A stretch of DNA of 33,432 nt from Candidatus Hydrogenedentota bacterium (lineage in GTDB: Bacteria > Hydrogenedentota > Hydrogenedentia > Hydrogenedentales > SLHB01). Location of the stretch: NCBI GenBank assembly GCA_045863295.1, contig BTWA01000029.1, positions 48,835 through 82,266 of the forward strand, written 5' to 3'. Numbering within the stretch: the stretch's first letter is position 1; every line of letters starts with the position of its first letter. Under the pieces are notes generated by a model that made no database searches, was not told where the DNA came from, and saw only the letters and a program-made list of their open reading frames with translations. The translations under genes and the position numbers were made by a program. Positions 8,253 through 15,744 of this stretch are shown one piece after another.

Positions 8253-9013
8253 ACGCGCACGAGATCGTAAAGTTGCTCGCACTAAAGCACAACAAAGATG
8301 TGTTTGTCCCCGAGTGCAAGGACGGACCTACGCATTACGCAAACCACTTGCGTATGGACGCATGGGCAATGAAGCGGTCATGGGCTAATCCGAAATTGAC
8401 GGGCTACGAGATCAAGGTGTCGCGCGCGGACTTTTTGAAGGACGACAAGTGGCCCGGCTACTTGTGTAATTGCAACGAATTCTATTTTGTTGCCCCGCCA
8501 AAGATCATAGACCCGCTTGAACTACCAAAAGAGGCCGGTTTACTGGTAGTCACATCGACAGGCAACGGGTTTACGACCAAGAAGCGTGCACCTTTTCGTC
8601 AAATTGAGTCGCCAAACATGATCTACGAATATGTGTTGATGTGCCGCGCCAAAATATCTCGCGTCTACGAATCCGACGAGCAGACAATCGACTACTGGCG
8701 CAATTGGCTTGCGGAGAAAAAAGAGTCGAGGCAAATTGGCTACAAGGTTTCGAAGCGCATACGTGAATATGTACATGAGGTTGAGGCGGAAAATGAGCGA
8801 TTGAAGCGAGACGCCGAGCGGGTCGAGGAAACAAGACAGATGTTGGTGCAATTAGGGATACGCCCCGATGACTACCGAAACATAAAAGAGCGCAGGGCGA
8901 AAGAATTGGCTGCGGGTATCCCCGAAGATTTTGTCGAGGATGTCAGTACGGCCATACGCAAACTCCAGTCGATAATCTCGACGGTCGATAAAATCCAGAA
9001 GGCGGCGACATGA
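8249..9013 (+). CDS. MmcB-like PD-(D/E)XK nuclease with C-terminal coiled coil
   Basis: GTG start overlaps the previous stop (GTGA). RMDAW...GYEIKVSRADFLKDDKW..Y...CNEFYFVAP and ELP..AGL motifs. Confidence 0.8.
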   Translation: MNAHEIVKLLALKHNKDVFVPECKDGPTHYANHLRMDAWAMKRSWANPKLTGYEIKVSRADFLKDDKWPGYLCNCNEFYFVAPPKIIDPLELPKEAGLLVVTSTGNGFTTKKRAPFRQIESPNMIYEYVLMCRAKISRVYESDEQTIDYWRNWLAEKKESRQIGYKVSKRIREYVHEVEAENERLKRDAERVEETRQMLVQLGIRPDDYRNIKERRAKELAAGIPEDFVEDVSTAIRKLQSIISTVDKIQKAAT

Positions 9014-9330
9014 ACGCTCAACTCGAATTACCGCTGGCGCTTCCTGCGTTGCCCGTCAAGGCGACCGTGGAAGAACGCGCCGCACGATTCGACGCGGAAC
9101 ACCCGGAGGTCATGGAAGCCATTGCGGAGGCCGCACGGCGGCAAATCGGCATCGGCGCCAAGCGCCTTTCCATGCTGCACCTGTATGCAGAGGCGCGGGC
9201 CGCGCTGAAAATCCACATGAACAATTCGTTCATGCCCTGGTACACGCGGCGGTTTATTGAGGAATACCCCGGCTTTCGCGGGTACTTCGAGCTCAGGAAG
9301 ACGAACGAAGAAAGGAACGGCAAGTCATGA
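9010..9330 (+). CDS. Conserved phage hypothetical protein
   Basis: ATGA overlaps on both sides. 'F...HPEV...NNSF.PWY.R......P.....FELR' pattern. Confidence 0.7.
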   Translation: MNAQLELPLALPALPVKATVEERAARFDAEHPEVMEAIAEAARRQIGIGAKRLSMLHLYAEARAALKIHMNNSFMPWYTRRFIEEYPGFRGYFELRKTNEERNGKS

Positions 9331-9551
9331 CAACTGCGGAAGCCTGTATGGCCCTGTTGATCGTTGTGCTCGTGCTCGTTCAAGCGATCGTGCACTACCG
9401 CTTCGTTTGGCTTCGTGCCCAATACGATGCCATGGCAAAGGAATACAAGGCGTTTCTGGAGCAATCCATCGCGGAAAGGCGGCGGGAGTTGCATCGGAAA
9501 GCCATCGTGCGGCATCTGGCCGAAAGAGCGAAGGGAGGGATTGAGAATTGA
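9327..9551 (+). CDS. Small membrane-anchored hypothetical protein
   Basis: Hydrophobic MALLIVVLVLVQAIV followed by a charged helix; coupled start. Confidence 0.65.
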   Translation: MTTAEACMALLIVVLVLVQAIVHYRFVWLRAQYDAMAKEYKAFLEQSIAERRRELHRKAIVRHLAERAKGGIEN

Positions 9552-9664
9552 GCCAAATCGTCATCATAGACATCGGGTCACAAATAGGGACCTGTGTTTT
9601 GTATCTGTGCTTCACCGCAATACTTTGCGCGTGAATCGTTGCCTACGCGTTAAGAAAGGATTGA
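9548..9664 (+). pseudogene. Small hydrophobic ORF interrupted by TGA at 9632-9634
   Basis: GGAGG plus TTG at 9548 gives LSQIVIIDIGSQIGTCVLYLCFTAILCA*IVAYALRKD*, which fills the gap before 9668. Confidence 0.4.
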
Positions 9665-9667
9665 GTC

Positions 9668-10060
9668 ATGGGAGAACTCTATGCTTGCCCGTTTTGCCGC
9701 AGCGAAGTATTGACTTGTCTCAAAGCAGTTAATGGCGGCTGCTACGTCGGATGTGTTCATTGCGGCGCACGCACTAAGATATTTGGCGCAATAGAAGACG
9801 CCAAGGCCGCATGGAATCGGTGCGGGTCACACATAAATCGTATCGCCTGTAGCGTTGGCCACATGGAAGAAAGAGACAGCCTCTCCCGCGCCGAATACAA
9901 CCTGTTGCACGCCGCCGTCTGTGCGCGGGATTTCCTGCACGCAATCATCCATAGGAGTGAACAGGTCGCGGAATCGGCAGACGAAGTATATGAGCGTTTG
10001 CGCAAGGCCATCGAGGCTGTTGCGCCGAATGAGTCACTCGATAAGGAATCGCGTCCATGA
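9668..10060 (+). CDS. Lar-family (restriction alleviation) zinc-ribbon domain protein
   Basis: L..CPFC...YVGC..CGA......A..AWNR motif; SD AAGGA. Confidence 0.75.
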   Translation: MGELYACPFCRSEVLTCLKAVNGGCYVGCVHCGARTKIFGAIEDAKAAWNRCGSHINRIACSVGHMEERDSLSRAEYNLLHAAVCARDFLHAIIHRSEQVAESADEVYERLRKAIEAVAPNESLDKESRP

Positions 10061-10488
10061 GCGACCCAAAATGCCCGGTGTGTAACGGGAGTGGGAAAAA
10101 GCCTTTTCCCTTATGCCCGCAATGCGATCAACCGGTCAAGAGGGTTTCAAGGTCTCCGAATAGTTATATGACCGAAGAGCAATTTGACGCTGTAAAGGCA
10201 GGGGATTGGTTTTGTGATAATTGCTCAGGTGATCGCGGCCAAACAGGTTATGCCTATTTCTGGCAATCTGAAATTGATTTTACTTGCGACTGCGAATGGA
10301 AGCCAAAGATGGGCGAGCGCGTAATCTACTTTGACGCTGTCTGTGGTTTTGATGCGTCTGTGTTGGTGCAAGAACATCATTCCAAAGCCAACCATACTGC
10401 CGTTTTTTCGCTTTCTGAGCAAGGGATTAAGGCCGCATTGTCTGAAGTAGAGAAGGTGTTACGGGCGCAACTTGAACGGTGGGCCTAG
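10057..10488 (+). CDS. Cys-rich zinc-binding hypothetical protein
   Basis: CPVCNGSG, CPQC, CDNC and CDC; ATGA overlap. Confidence 0.7.
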   Translation: MSDPKCPVCNGSGKKPFPLCPQCDQPVKRVSRSPNSYMTEEQFDAVKAGDWFCDNCSGDRGQTGYAYFWQSEIDFTCDCEWKPKMGERVIYFDAVCGFDASVLVQEHHSKANHTAVFSLSEQGIKAALSEVEKVLRAQLERWA

Positions 10489-10491
10489 ACC

Positions 10492-10770
10492 ATGAACGAC
10501 CCGAACAACAGCCGCCAGTTTCAAGACGGCGACTACGTTATGCACCAACACGGTTTTGGTGATTTAGGTGTACTTGCAGTTGTGCAGGGCTACGAGGAAA
10601 GGGAACTTATCGGGGGATGGAAACTGAAATTTTACCATCTACAGATTGTAGACGGTGGAAAGGTAAAGGCATTTAAGCAGGAGGTTGTGTCCGTTGATGA
10701 GTATATACGGAGCCACCAGCAATGGCTGGACACTCTCAAGGCAAAAGTAGCTGAGAGGGGTTGCCAATGA
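10492..10770 (+). CDS. Hypothetical protein
   Basis: Tightly packed ORF in the same direction as its neighbours. Confidence 0.6.
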   Translation: MNDPNNSRQFQDGDYVMHQHGFGDLGVLAVVQGYEERELIGGWKLKFYHLQIVDGGKVKAFKQEVVSVDEYIRSHQQWLDTLKAKVAERGCQ

Positions 10771-10973
10771 TTCTGGCATCTATCATCGCAATTGCCGCCT
10801 TCGTCTTCGTTTTCTGGTGGGGGTTTAACACCGGCCACAAGTACGGCTACTCGCAAGGGTACAAAGTCGGCTGCATTAACTCCATCCACATAGAGCGGCA
10901 TCTCAACAAAATGGATGAAGCAATCCAGAAGGTTACGGCCATCGAGGAAAAACTGAAACTGAAGCAACAGTAA
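10767..10973 (+). CDS. Small single-pass membrane protein
   Basis: MILASIIAIAAFVFVFWWG followed by G-x-x-x-G-Y repeats; ATGA overlap. Confidence 0.65.
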   Translation: MILASIIAIAAFVFVFWWGFNTGHKYGYSQGYKVGCINSIHIERHLNKMDEAIQKVTAIEEKLKLKQQ

Positions 10974-10983
10974 GGGATGTGTC

Positions 10984-11511
10984 TTGGACCCGCACACCTA
11001 CATCATGCGCAAAGGAAAGTACGCTGGCCGCCAGTTGGTAGCGGTACCCTCGCACTATCTGAGACGCATTGTTCAGCAAAAAGTAGGGGAGTGGAAGATC
11101 GCCGAAATCGAACTGAGGCGGCGCGGCACCGACGTGCCTACGGTCGATGTCACAGCCCATGCGATTGACCGTGCGTCATTCCGGCTGTTGGACCATTGGA
11201 GAGGCACCCGCGTGGAAAACGAGGGCCTTTACACCTGGCTTGCGCGTCTCTGCGATGCGGCCCTGCGCTCACGAAAGCTCGCTGTAATCTCGGGCGACGA
11301 CACGGAAATCCGCTTTTGCGGGATCAAGTTCATTTTTGCCGGCCGGACAAAAAAGAAACCGGTATTGAAGACGCTGACGCCTCTTGACGACGGGATACTG
11401 ACCAAGAGGCAAGCCATTGAAGGGATTTCGCTCGCCCTCGGGCGTGCACGGAAAAAGGGAAGGGACCATGGGAAATTATCCGGGGAAGAGAGCCACGAAA
11501 CGGGCACTTGA
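10984..11511 (+). CDS. Hypothetical protein with DUF3820-like N-terminus
   Basis: M..GKY.G..L..VP..YL motif, then a VT.HAIDR segment. Confidence 0.6.
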   Translation: MDPHTYIMRKGKYAGRQLVAVPSHYLRRIVQQKVGEWKIAEIELRRRGTDVPTVDVTAHAIDRASFRLLDHWRGTRVENEGLYTWLARLCDAALRSRKLAVISGDDTEIRFCGIKFIFAGRTKKKPVLKTLTPLDDGILTKRQAIEGISLALGRARKKGRDHGKLSGEESHETGT

Positions 11512-11529
11512 TCAAGGGGGTGCCCCCAA

Positions 11530-12462
11530 GTGAAACGCGGTACTTTCAACCATCCCAAGACGGGCCATTTGGCGCGTCTTCTGGGAGTCTGTCGCGCGGC
11601 CGCCGGAGGCTACCTCGAAGCGATGTGGCACTGGACCGCGGAGTTCACTCCGGCCGGCGATATTGGCCGGTACAGGGACAGCGAAATCGCGGAAGGCGCC
11701 TTCTGGCCACCTGACCAGGCGAGCGAAATTATTGCGGCGATGATCGAATCCAGATGGCTGGACGCGTGCGAAACACATCGGATCATCGTGCACGACTGGC
11801 CTGAACACTGTGAAGACACAGTGCATTCGAGGCTTACGCGGTCAGGACAAACTTTTGCAAACGGCGAACAACCCAAGAAAACGAAGCTTTCACAACGTGA
11901 ACGGCATCAAGTAGATAGGTGTCGGCGAAAAACGGCGGCCGTCGTGCGCACGACGGCGGAAAACGGCGAAAAAAAGCCGCCCGCCGTAGCCGTAGCCGTA
12001 GCCGTAGCCGGGCCATTGCCCCCGCCAATGCCGGAGCCTTTGCCGGAGCCGGAAGCCGACGCGCGCGCGAACGCCGCAAACGTGTCCGCCTTCCCGGCAC
12101 CCGGCCGTTCACACAATCGAGTCGAGAATTCACCGGACGGTGCCATCGGCAACGCGGTTTCTGCCGTCGTGGGTCAGGTCTCCGAGTCGGACGCGAAAGC
12201 GTTTCGGGTCCCTGGGGATGACCTGCTGGCCCGATGCCTTGCGCTGGAACAGCGGGTCGGAAACAGCGAACGCACCTTGTGGCAGAGGCGACTTCTCGAA
12301 ATCCGCAAAGCCCGGATGGCGAACCAATTCGAGCGCTTGCTCGAAGAGGCAGAGAACCGGCTCGCAAACGAACGCATCGTGCACAGCAAGGGCTACACCG
12401 ACAGACTGAAATCGCCAGCGGCATGGCTCAATGCCGAAAGCAGGAAATTGCTCAATGCGTGA
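11530..12462 (+). CDS. Putative phage replication initiator / replisome organiser
   Basis: HPK...LAR.LG...G.LE..WHW...HDW.EH N-terminal domain, low-complexity AV/PE linker, C-terminal helical domain (KSPAAWL); upstream of RusA. Confidence 0.6.
   Translation: MKRGTFNHPKTGHLARLLGVCRAAAGGYLEAMWHWTAEFTPAGDIGRYRDSEIAEGAFWPPDQASEIIAAMIESRWLDACETHRIIVHDWPEHCEDTVHSRLTRSGQTFANGEQPKKTKLSQRERHQVDRCRRKTAAVVRTTAENGEKKPPAVAVAVAVAGPLPPPMPEPLPEPEADARANAANVSAFPAPGRSHNRVENSPDGAIGNAVSAVVGQVSESDAKAFRVPGDDLLARCLALEQRVGNSERTLWQRRLLEIRKARMANQFERLLEEAENRLANERIVHSKGYTDRLKSPAAWLNAESRKLLNA
11938..11957. repeat. Perfect 20-bp palindrome inside the putative initiator gene
   Basis: GCCGTCGTGCGCACGACGGC equals its own reverse complement. 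Confidence 0.9.
11983..12009 (+). repeat. Hexamer microsatellite (GCCGTA)x4.5 encoding AVAVAVAVA
   Basis: Direct reading of the sequence. Confidence 0.9.
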
Positions 12463-12613
12463 CGAAATCCAAAACGGGCATGTGCTCCGCTTCGACATCC
12501 CAGGCAAGCCGCGAACGTGGTCAAATCCAAGGGCTACACAGACGCATTGGAAAACCCCGCTGCGTGGCTGTGGAGCGAAAGCAAAAAATTGTGCGAGGAA
12601 ACGTCATGACTGA
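12455..12613 (+). pseudogene. Short ORF resembling a RusA N-terminus (remnant)
   Basis: MRDEIQNGHVLRFDIPGKPRTWSNPRAT resembles the RusA 'F.IPG.P....RPR' start; overlaps both neighbours. Confidence 0.4.
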
Positions 12614-13202
12614 CCCAATCTTGCAATTCACCGTCGCGGGTGAACCGCAATCGCTGAAGCGCCATCGAACGCGGATCGTCAAGCCCAAGGCGGGCGGTGA
12701 GGCGTTCGCGCAACAGTATGACCCGTCGGAAAACGAAAAAGCCAAAGGAGGGGTACGGGACCAGGCCTATTTTGCGATGAAGCAAGCGGGACACACTCGG
12801 CCGCTCGAAGGCCCGTTGCGCGTTCGTCTCGACTTCGCGTTTGATTGGCCACAATCTAAGCGTGTGAAATCGTTGGCGCGAATCTCGCCCGGTTCGCTGA
12901 TGGCAAAACTGTTCCACACGACGAAACCCGACGCGGACAATCTGTGCAAGCTCGTGTTCGATGCGTGCAACCGAGTGGTCTGGCGTGACGATACGCAGAT
13001 TGTTGACGTTCGGATTTGCAAGTACTACACCGCGTCATTCCCGTGTTGTCGGGTCCAGGTGTGGGAATGTGATATCGCCCATGCGCCTCTGTACAGGGCG
13101 CTTGAAACTCAAATGCGCTTCGGCGCGGCAAGGACAGCGTACGAGGGGTTCGACGATGGCACGGAGTTGACCCAGGATCCAGAGTTGGCCGAGGCCCAGT
13201 AA
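12606..13202 (+). CDS. rusA: RusA family Holliday junction resolvase
   Basis: LQFTVAGEP, EGPLRV.L.F and H.TKPDADNLCKLVFDACN.VVW.DD.QIV motifs; ATG 12606 after GAGG. Confidence 0.92.
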   Translation: MTDPILQFTVAGEPQSLKRHRTRIVKPKAGGEAFAQQYDPSENEKAKGGVRDQAYFAMKQAGHTRPLEGPLRVRLDFAFDWPQSKRVKSLARISPGSLMAKLFHTTKPDADNLCKLVFDACNRVVWRDDTQIVDVRICKYYTASFPCCRVQVWECDIAHAPLYRALETQMRFGAARTAYEGFDDGTELTQDPELAEAQ

Positions 13203-13220
13203 ACCGCAGCGTAAAACAAT

Positions 13221-13252
13221 GCGCCCGGGCTGGCATTGGCTGGCCCGAGTGT
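13221..13252 (+). other. Intergenic GC-rich hairpin without U-tract
   Basis: GCGCCCGGGCTGGC-ATTG-GCTGGCCCGAGTGT, with G-U pairs and one mismatch. Confidence 0.5.
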
Positions 13253-13265
13253 TGCGAGAATCGAC

Positions 13266-13988
13266 ATGCAGAACATTTTGAGCTTTGATATCGAGATATC
13301 GAACGTCTTCGAATTAAAGCCAGGCGAAGAACTTGAGAAATATGCGCCGTTTCAGATTTCTGTCGCGGCGGCTGTTGGGGATTGGGTTAGCCCAAGATCG
13401 CTCTGGTATTCGGTGGATGGCAATGGGGAATTAGGCCCGTCGCTCAACAAAACCGATGCAGCACTGATGCTTGATTGTCTTGAGTTGGCGCTTAACCAGG
13501 GCATCATGCTGTGCGCCTGGAATGGCCTCGGTTTCGATATGCGTTGGATCGGCCACAACGCGGAAGACTTGGATCGCGCTGCCAAACTTGCGCTGCGAAT
13601 CTATGACCCGATGTTTCAGTTTTTCAACCAGACCGGTTACATGGTCGGGCTTGCCGCTGTCGCGGAGGGGTTTGGTATCCAGCAAAAGAAGCTGATGCAC
13701 GGATCGGAAGCGCCGAAAGCATGGCGCGACGGCCATTACAAGCAGGTCATGGATTACGTGATCGGCGATTGTGAGTTGACCAATGAGGTCGTCAGGCGAA
13801 TCCAAGCCGAGGGCGGTGTCAGGTGGATTACAAAGAAAGGACTCCCGAAGTTTGAGCCGATACGCAGACTGAAAACGGTGCGTGAGGTAATGGCAGATCC
13901 CGCACCCGATCAGTCGTGGCAGAGCAACCCAATTCCGAAAGAGCGGTTTTACGCATGGGCGCTGCCATACATTGCGGTTGGGGTATAA
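13266..13988 (+). CDS. RNase H-fold DEDD 3'-5' exonuclease (YprB/DnaQ-like)
   Basis: ExoI SFDIE, ExoII AWNGLGFD and ExoIII Y...D motifs. Confidence 0.8.
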   Translation: MQNILSFDIEISNVFELKPGEELEKYAPFQISVAAAVGDWVSPRSLWYSVDGNGELGPSLNKTDAALMLDCLELALNQGIMLCAWNGLGFDMRWIGHNAEDLDRAAKLALRIYDPMFQFFNQTGYMVGLAAVAEGFGIQQKKLMHGSEAPKAWRDGHYKQVMDYVIGDCELTNEVVRRIQAEGGVRWITKKGLPKFEPIRRLKTVREVMADPAPDQSWQSNPIPKERFYAWALPYIAVGV

Positions 13989-13994
13989 ACAATA

Positions 13995-14726
13995 ATGGGC
14001 ATCAACTCCGGCATATCGTTCTGTCACCACACATGGAACCCATGGCAGGGCTGCACGAAGATCAGCCCAGGCTGCAAGAACTGCTACATGTACCGGGACA
14101 AGGTGCGGTATGGCCAGGACCCGACGGTTGTCAAGCGATCTGCCGATGCAACGTTCTACATGCCGATCCGTACCAAGAAGTGGAAGCCATTGGATCGCAT
14201 CTTCGTGTGTTCGTGGTCGGACTTTTTCCACATCGACGCAGACCAGTGGCGAGTCGAAGCGTGGGACATGATGCGCTTGCGAAAAGACGTGAATTTTATT
14301 CTCATAACAAAGCGACCCGAGAATATTACGCAACGTCTTCCGTTCGACTGGAGCGACGGGTACGACCACGTTTGGTTGTTGACCACGACCGAGAATCAGA
14401 CCGAATACGACGCGCGTGTAGCCGAGCTGATGCGTGTGCCGGCCAAAGTGCGAGGGATCATCGCGGAGCCGTTACTTGGGCCGGTCAGAATACACACCGA
14501 TCACCTGGACCGACTGCAATGGGTTATTGCTGGGTGCGAGTCGGGCGGGGAAGGGGTGCGACGTCATGCAAAGCTCGATTGGTTCAGGGCTTTGCGCGAC
14601 CAGGCCGCACAGGCCCGTATCCCGTTTTTCCTGAAACAAATCGAGATAGGGAGCGAGGTGCAGGAGTTGGCCCCGCTGGACGGCCGGGTTTATGCAGAGT
14701 ATCCGGTGAAAGTGGCAGACGAATGA
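13995..14726 (+). CDS. DUF5131 (phage Gp37/Gp68) family protein
   Basis: TWNPWQGCTKISPGCKNCY, FVCSWSDFFH, TKRPE, EPLLG, WVI.G.ESG and PFFLKQ motifs. Confidence 0.92.
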   Translation: MGINSGISFCHHTWNPWQGCTKISPGCKNCYMYRDKVRYGQDPTVVKRSADATFYMPIRTKKWKPLDRIFVCSWSDFFHIDADQWRVEAWDMMRLRKDVNFILITKRPENITQRLPFDWSDGYDHVWLLTTTENQTEYDARVAELMRVPAKVRGIIAEPLLGPVRIHTDHLDRLQWVIAGCESGGEGVRRHAKLDWFRALRDQAAQARIPFFLKQIEIGSEVQELAPLDGRVYAEYPVKVADE

Positions 14727-14764
14727 ATGTCAAAACATGCCCAAAACACCTCACACCCCAAAAA

Positions 14765-15107
14765 CGCAACCCTATTACAATCAGGAACTTACAACAGTGA
14801 AACGAAATGAAACACGAAACGTAAGCCATTACAATGCAAGGGGTTGCGTTGTCAGCAATGAACAGAAACCCGCGTCAACCCCGAGCCAAAACACGCGAAT
14901 ATATTGGACTTTTGATCGCGTTTTAGCGTGTGCTGAAAACGTAAGTGTTTGCGTCAAAACGGCTTACGACTGTACATTTTTGAACAAATGGCCTGGGTCC
15001 TTCCCGGGGGTACCCCCTCGGGGTCTGCGACGTGCATCGTGGTTTTTTCTTGCGAATTGATTATCAATAATGTGGTTTGGTAACGTGTTTCATGCCAAGG
15101 TGTTACG
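14765..15107. promoter_or_regulatory. Four 29-bp imperfect palindromes (consensus CGTAAS-N3-TT-N7-AA-N3-STTACG) flanking the predicted cos
   Basis: Copies at 14765-14793, 14820-14848, 14940-14968 and 15079-15107. Copy 1 is the most degenerate and contains an exact IHF consensus AATCAGGAACTTA. Confidence 0.7.
14995..15033 (+). other. Predicted lambda-like cos site (cosQ plus cosN)
   Basis: GGGTCCT (14995-15001) equals lambda cosQ. GGTCTGCGACGT (15022-33) matches lambda GGGCGGCGACCT at 9/12 positions. Lies just upstream of Nu1/gpA-like genes. Confidence 0.7.
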
Positions 15108-15114
15108 GTAACAG

Positions 15115-15744
15115 ATGGCAAAAGCCGCCGAAAATAGCGACATTTTCGTGCTCAATCAGGACCGATTGTCGGCCCTGTTTGGTGTCACATCGCCAGCCGT
15201 CAAGAAGTGGCGGGACCAGTACGGGTGCCCGGTTCGTGCTGATGGGTTGTTCGATCTCCGCGTAGTCCTCCCGTGGTACGCCGCATGGCGTGACATGCGC
15301 GAAAAGGAAATGGCAGACGACACGGATCCGGAACTACGCCGCAAGCGTGCAGCCGAGGCCGACATCGCCGAATGGCGCCGCGACAAGTTGCGCCTTGAAC
15401 TCATGGACAAACATAGGACCATGGAGGTATTCACGGCTGTCGCTGCGCGGATCCGCCAGGCGGGCGAAATCCTTTTACGCGACTATGGGGACCGCGCCGC
15501 GTTGGTCGTGGATGAGGCGATTGACGACGCGGTGCAGATCGCCCGCCGAATGTTTTCCGTGGAGGCGTTGGCCGAAGCCGAAGCCAAAGCCGAAGCCGAG
15601 TCCGCGACGGATGAGTCAGAGCCGACTCCAGACAGGCCGAAGCGCAAAAGCAAGGCGAAGTCCGCGGCGAAAAAGCCAAAGGCCAAGAAGCAGTCGCCCG
15701 CGCCGGCGGGAACGCGCACGACAATTGCGGGGGCGCACCCATGA
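15115..15744 (+). CDS. Terminase small subunit (Nu1-like winged HTH)
   Basis: LNQ..LS.LFGVT..AV..W...GCP......FDL..V..WY motif, coiled coil; overlaps the TerL start. Confidence 0.85.
   Translation: MAKAAENSDIFVLNQDRLSALFGVTSPAVKKWRDQYGCPVRADGLFDLRVVLPWYAAWRDMREKEMADDTDPELRRKRAAEADIAEWRRDKLRLELMDKHRTMEVFTAVAARIRQAGEILLRDYGDRAALVVDEAIDDAVQIARRMFSVEALAEAEAKAEAESATDESEPTPDRPKRKSKAKSAAKKPKAKKQSPAPAGTRTTIAGAHP

Noticed and set aside
9632..9634. Genome-wide TGA recoding
   Set aside because: Many well-supported genes end in TGA with ATGA coupling, so the standard code applies.
12234..12605. N-terminal extensions in the ORF track (RusA from 12234; likewise 8156, 18712, 28361, 17659, 3164)
   Set aside because: They overlap upstream genes. 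Downstream starts with an SD or stop/start coupling fit better.
14667..14690. Possible fourth pseudoknot copy (TTGGCCCCGC)
   Set aside because: It lies inside the DUF5131 CDS and lacks the P1 stem and the downstream CGGGGC partner.
13916..14800. 294-aa alternative-frame ORF over DUF5131
   Set aside because: Arg-rich frame-shadow with no motif support, whereas the DUF5131 frame has all the family motifs.
14737..15060. 107-aa ORF across the cos region
   Set aside because: No SD, atypical composition, and it overlaps the cos and palindromic sites. Most likely non-coding.
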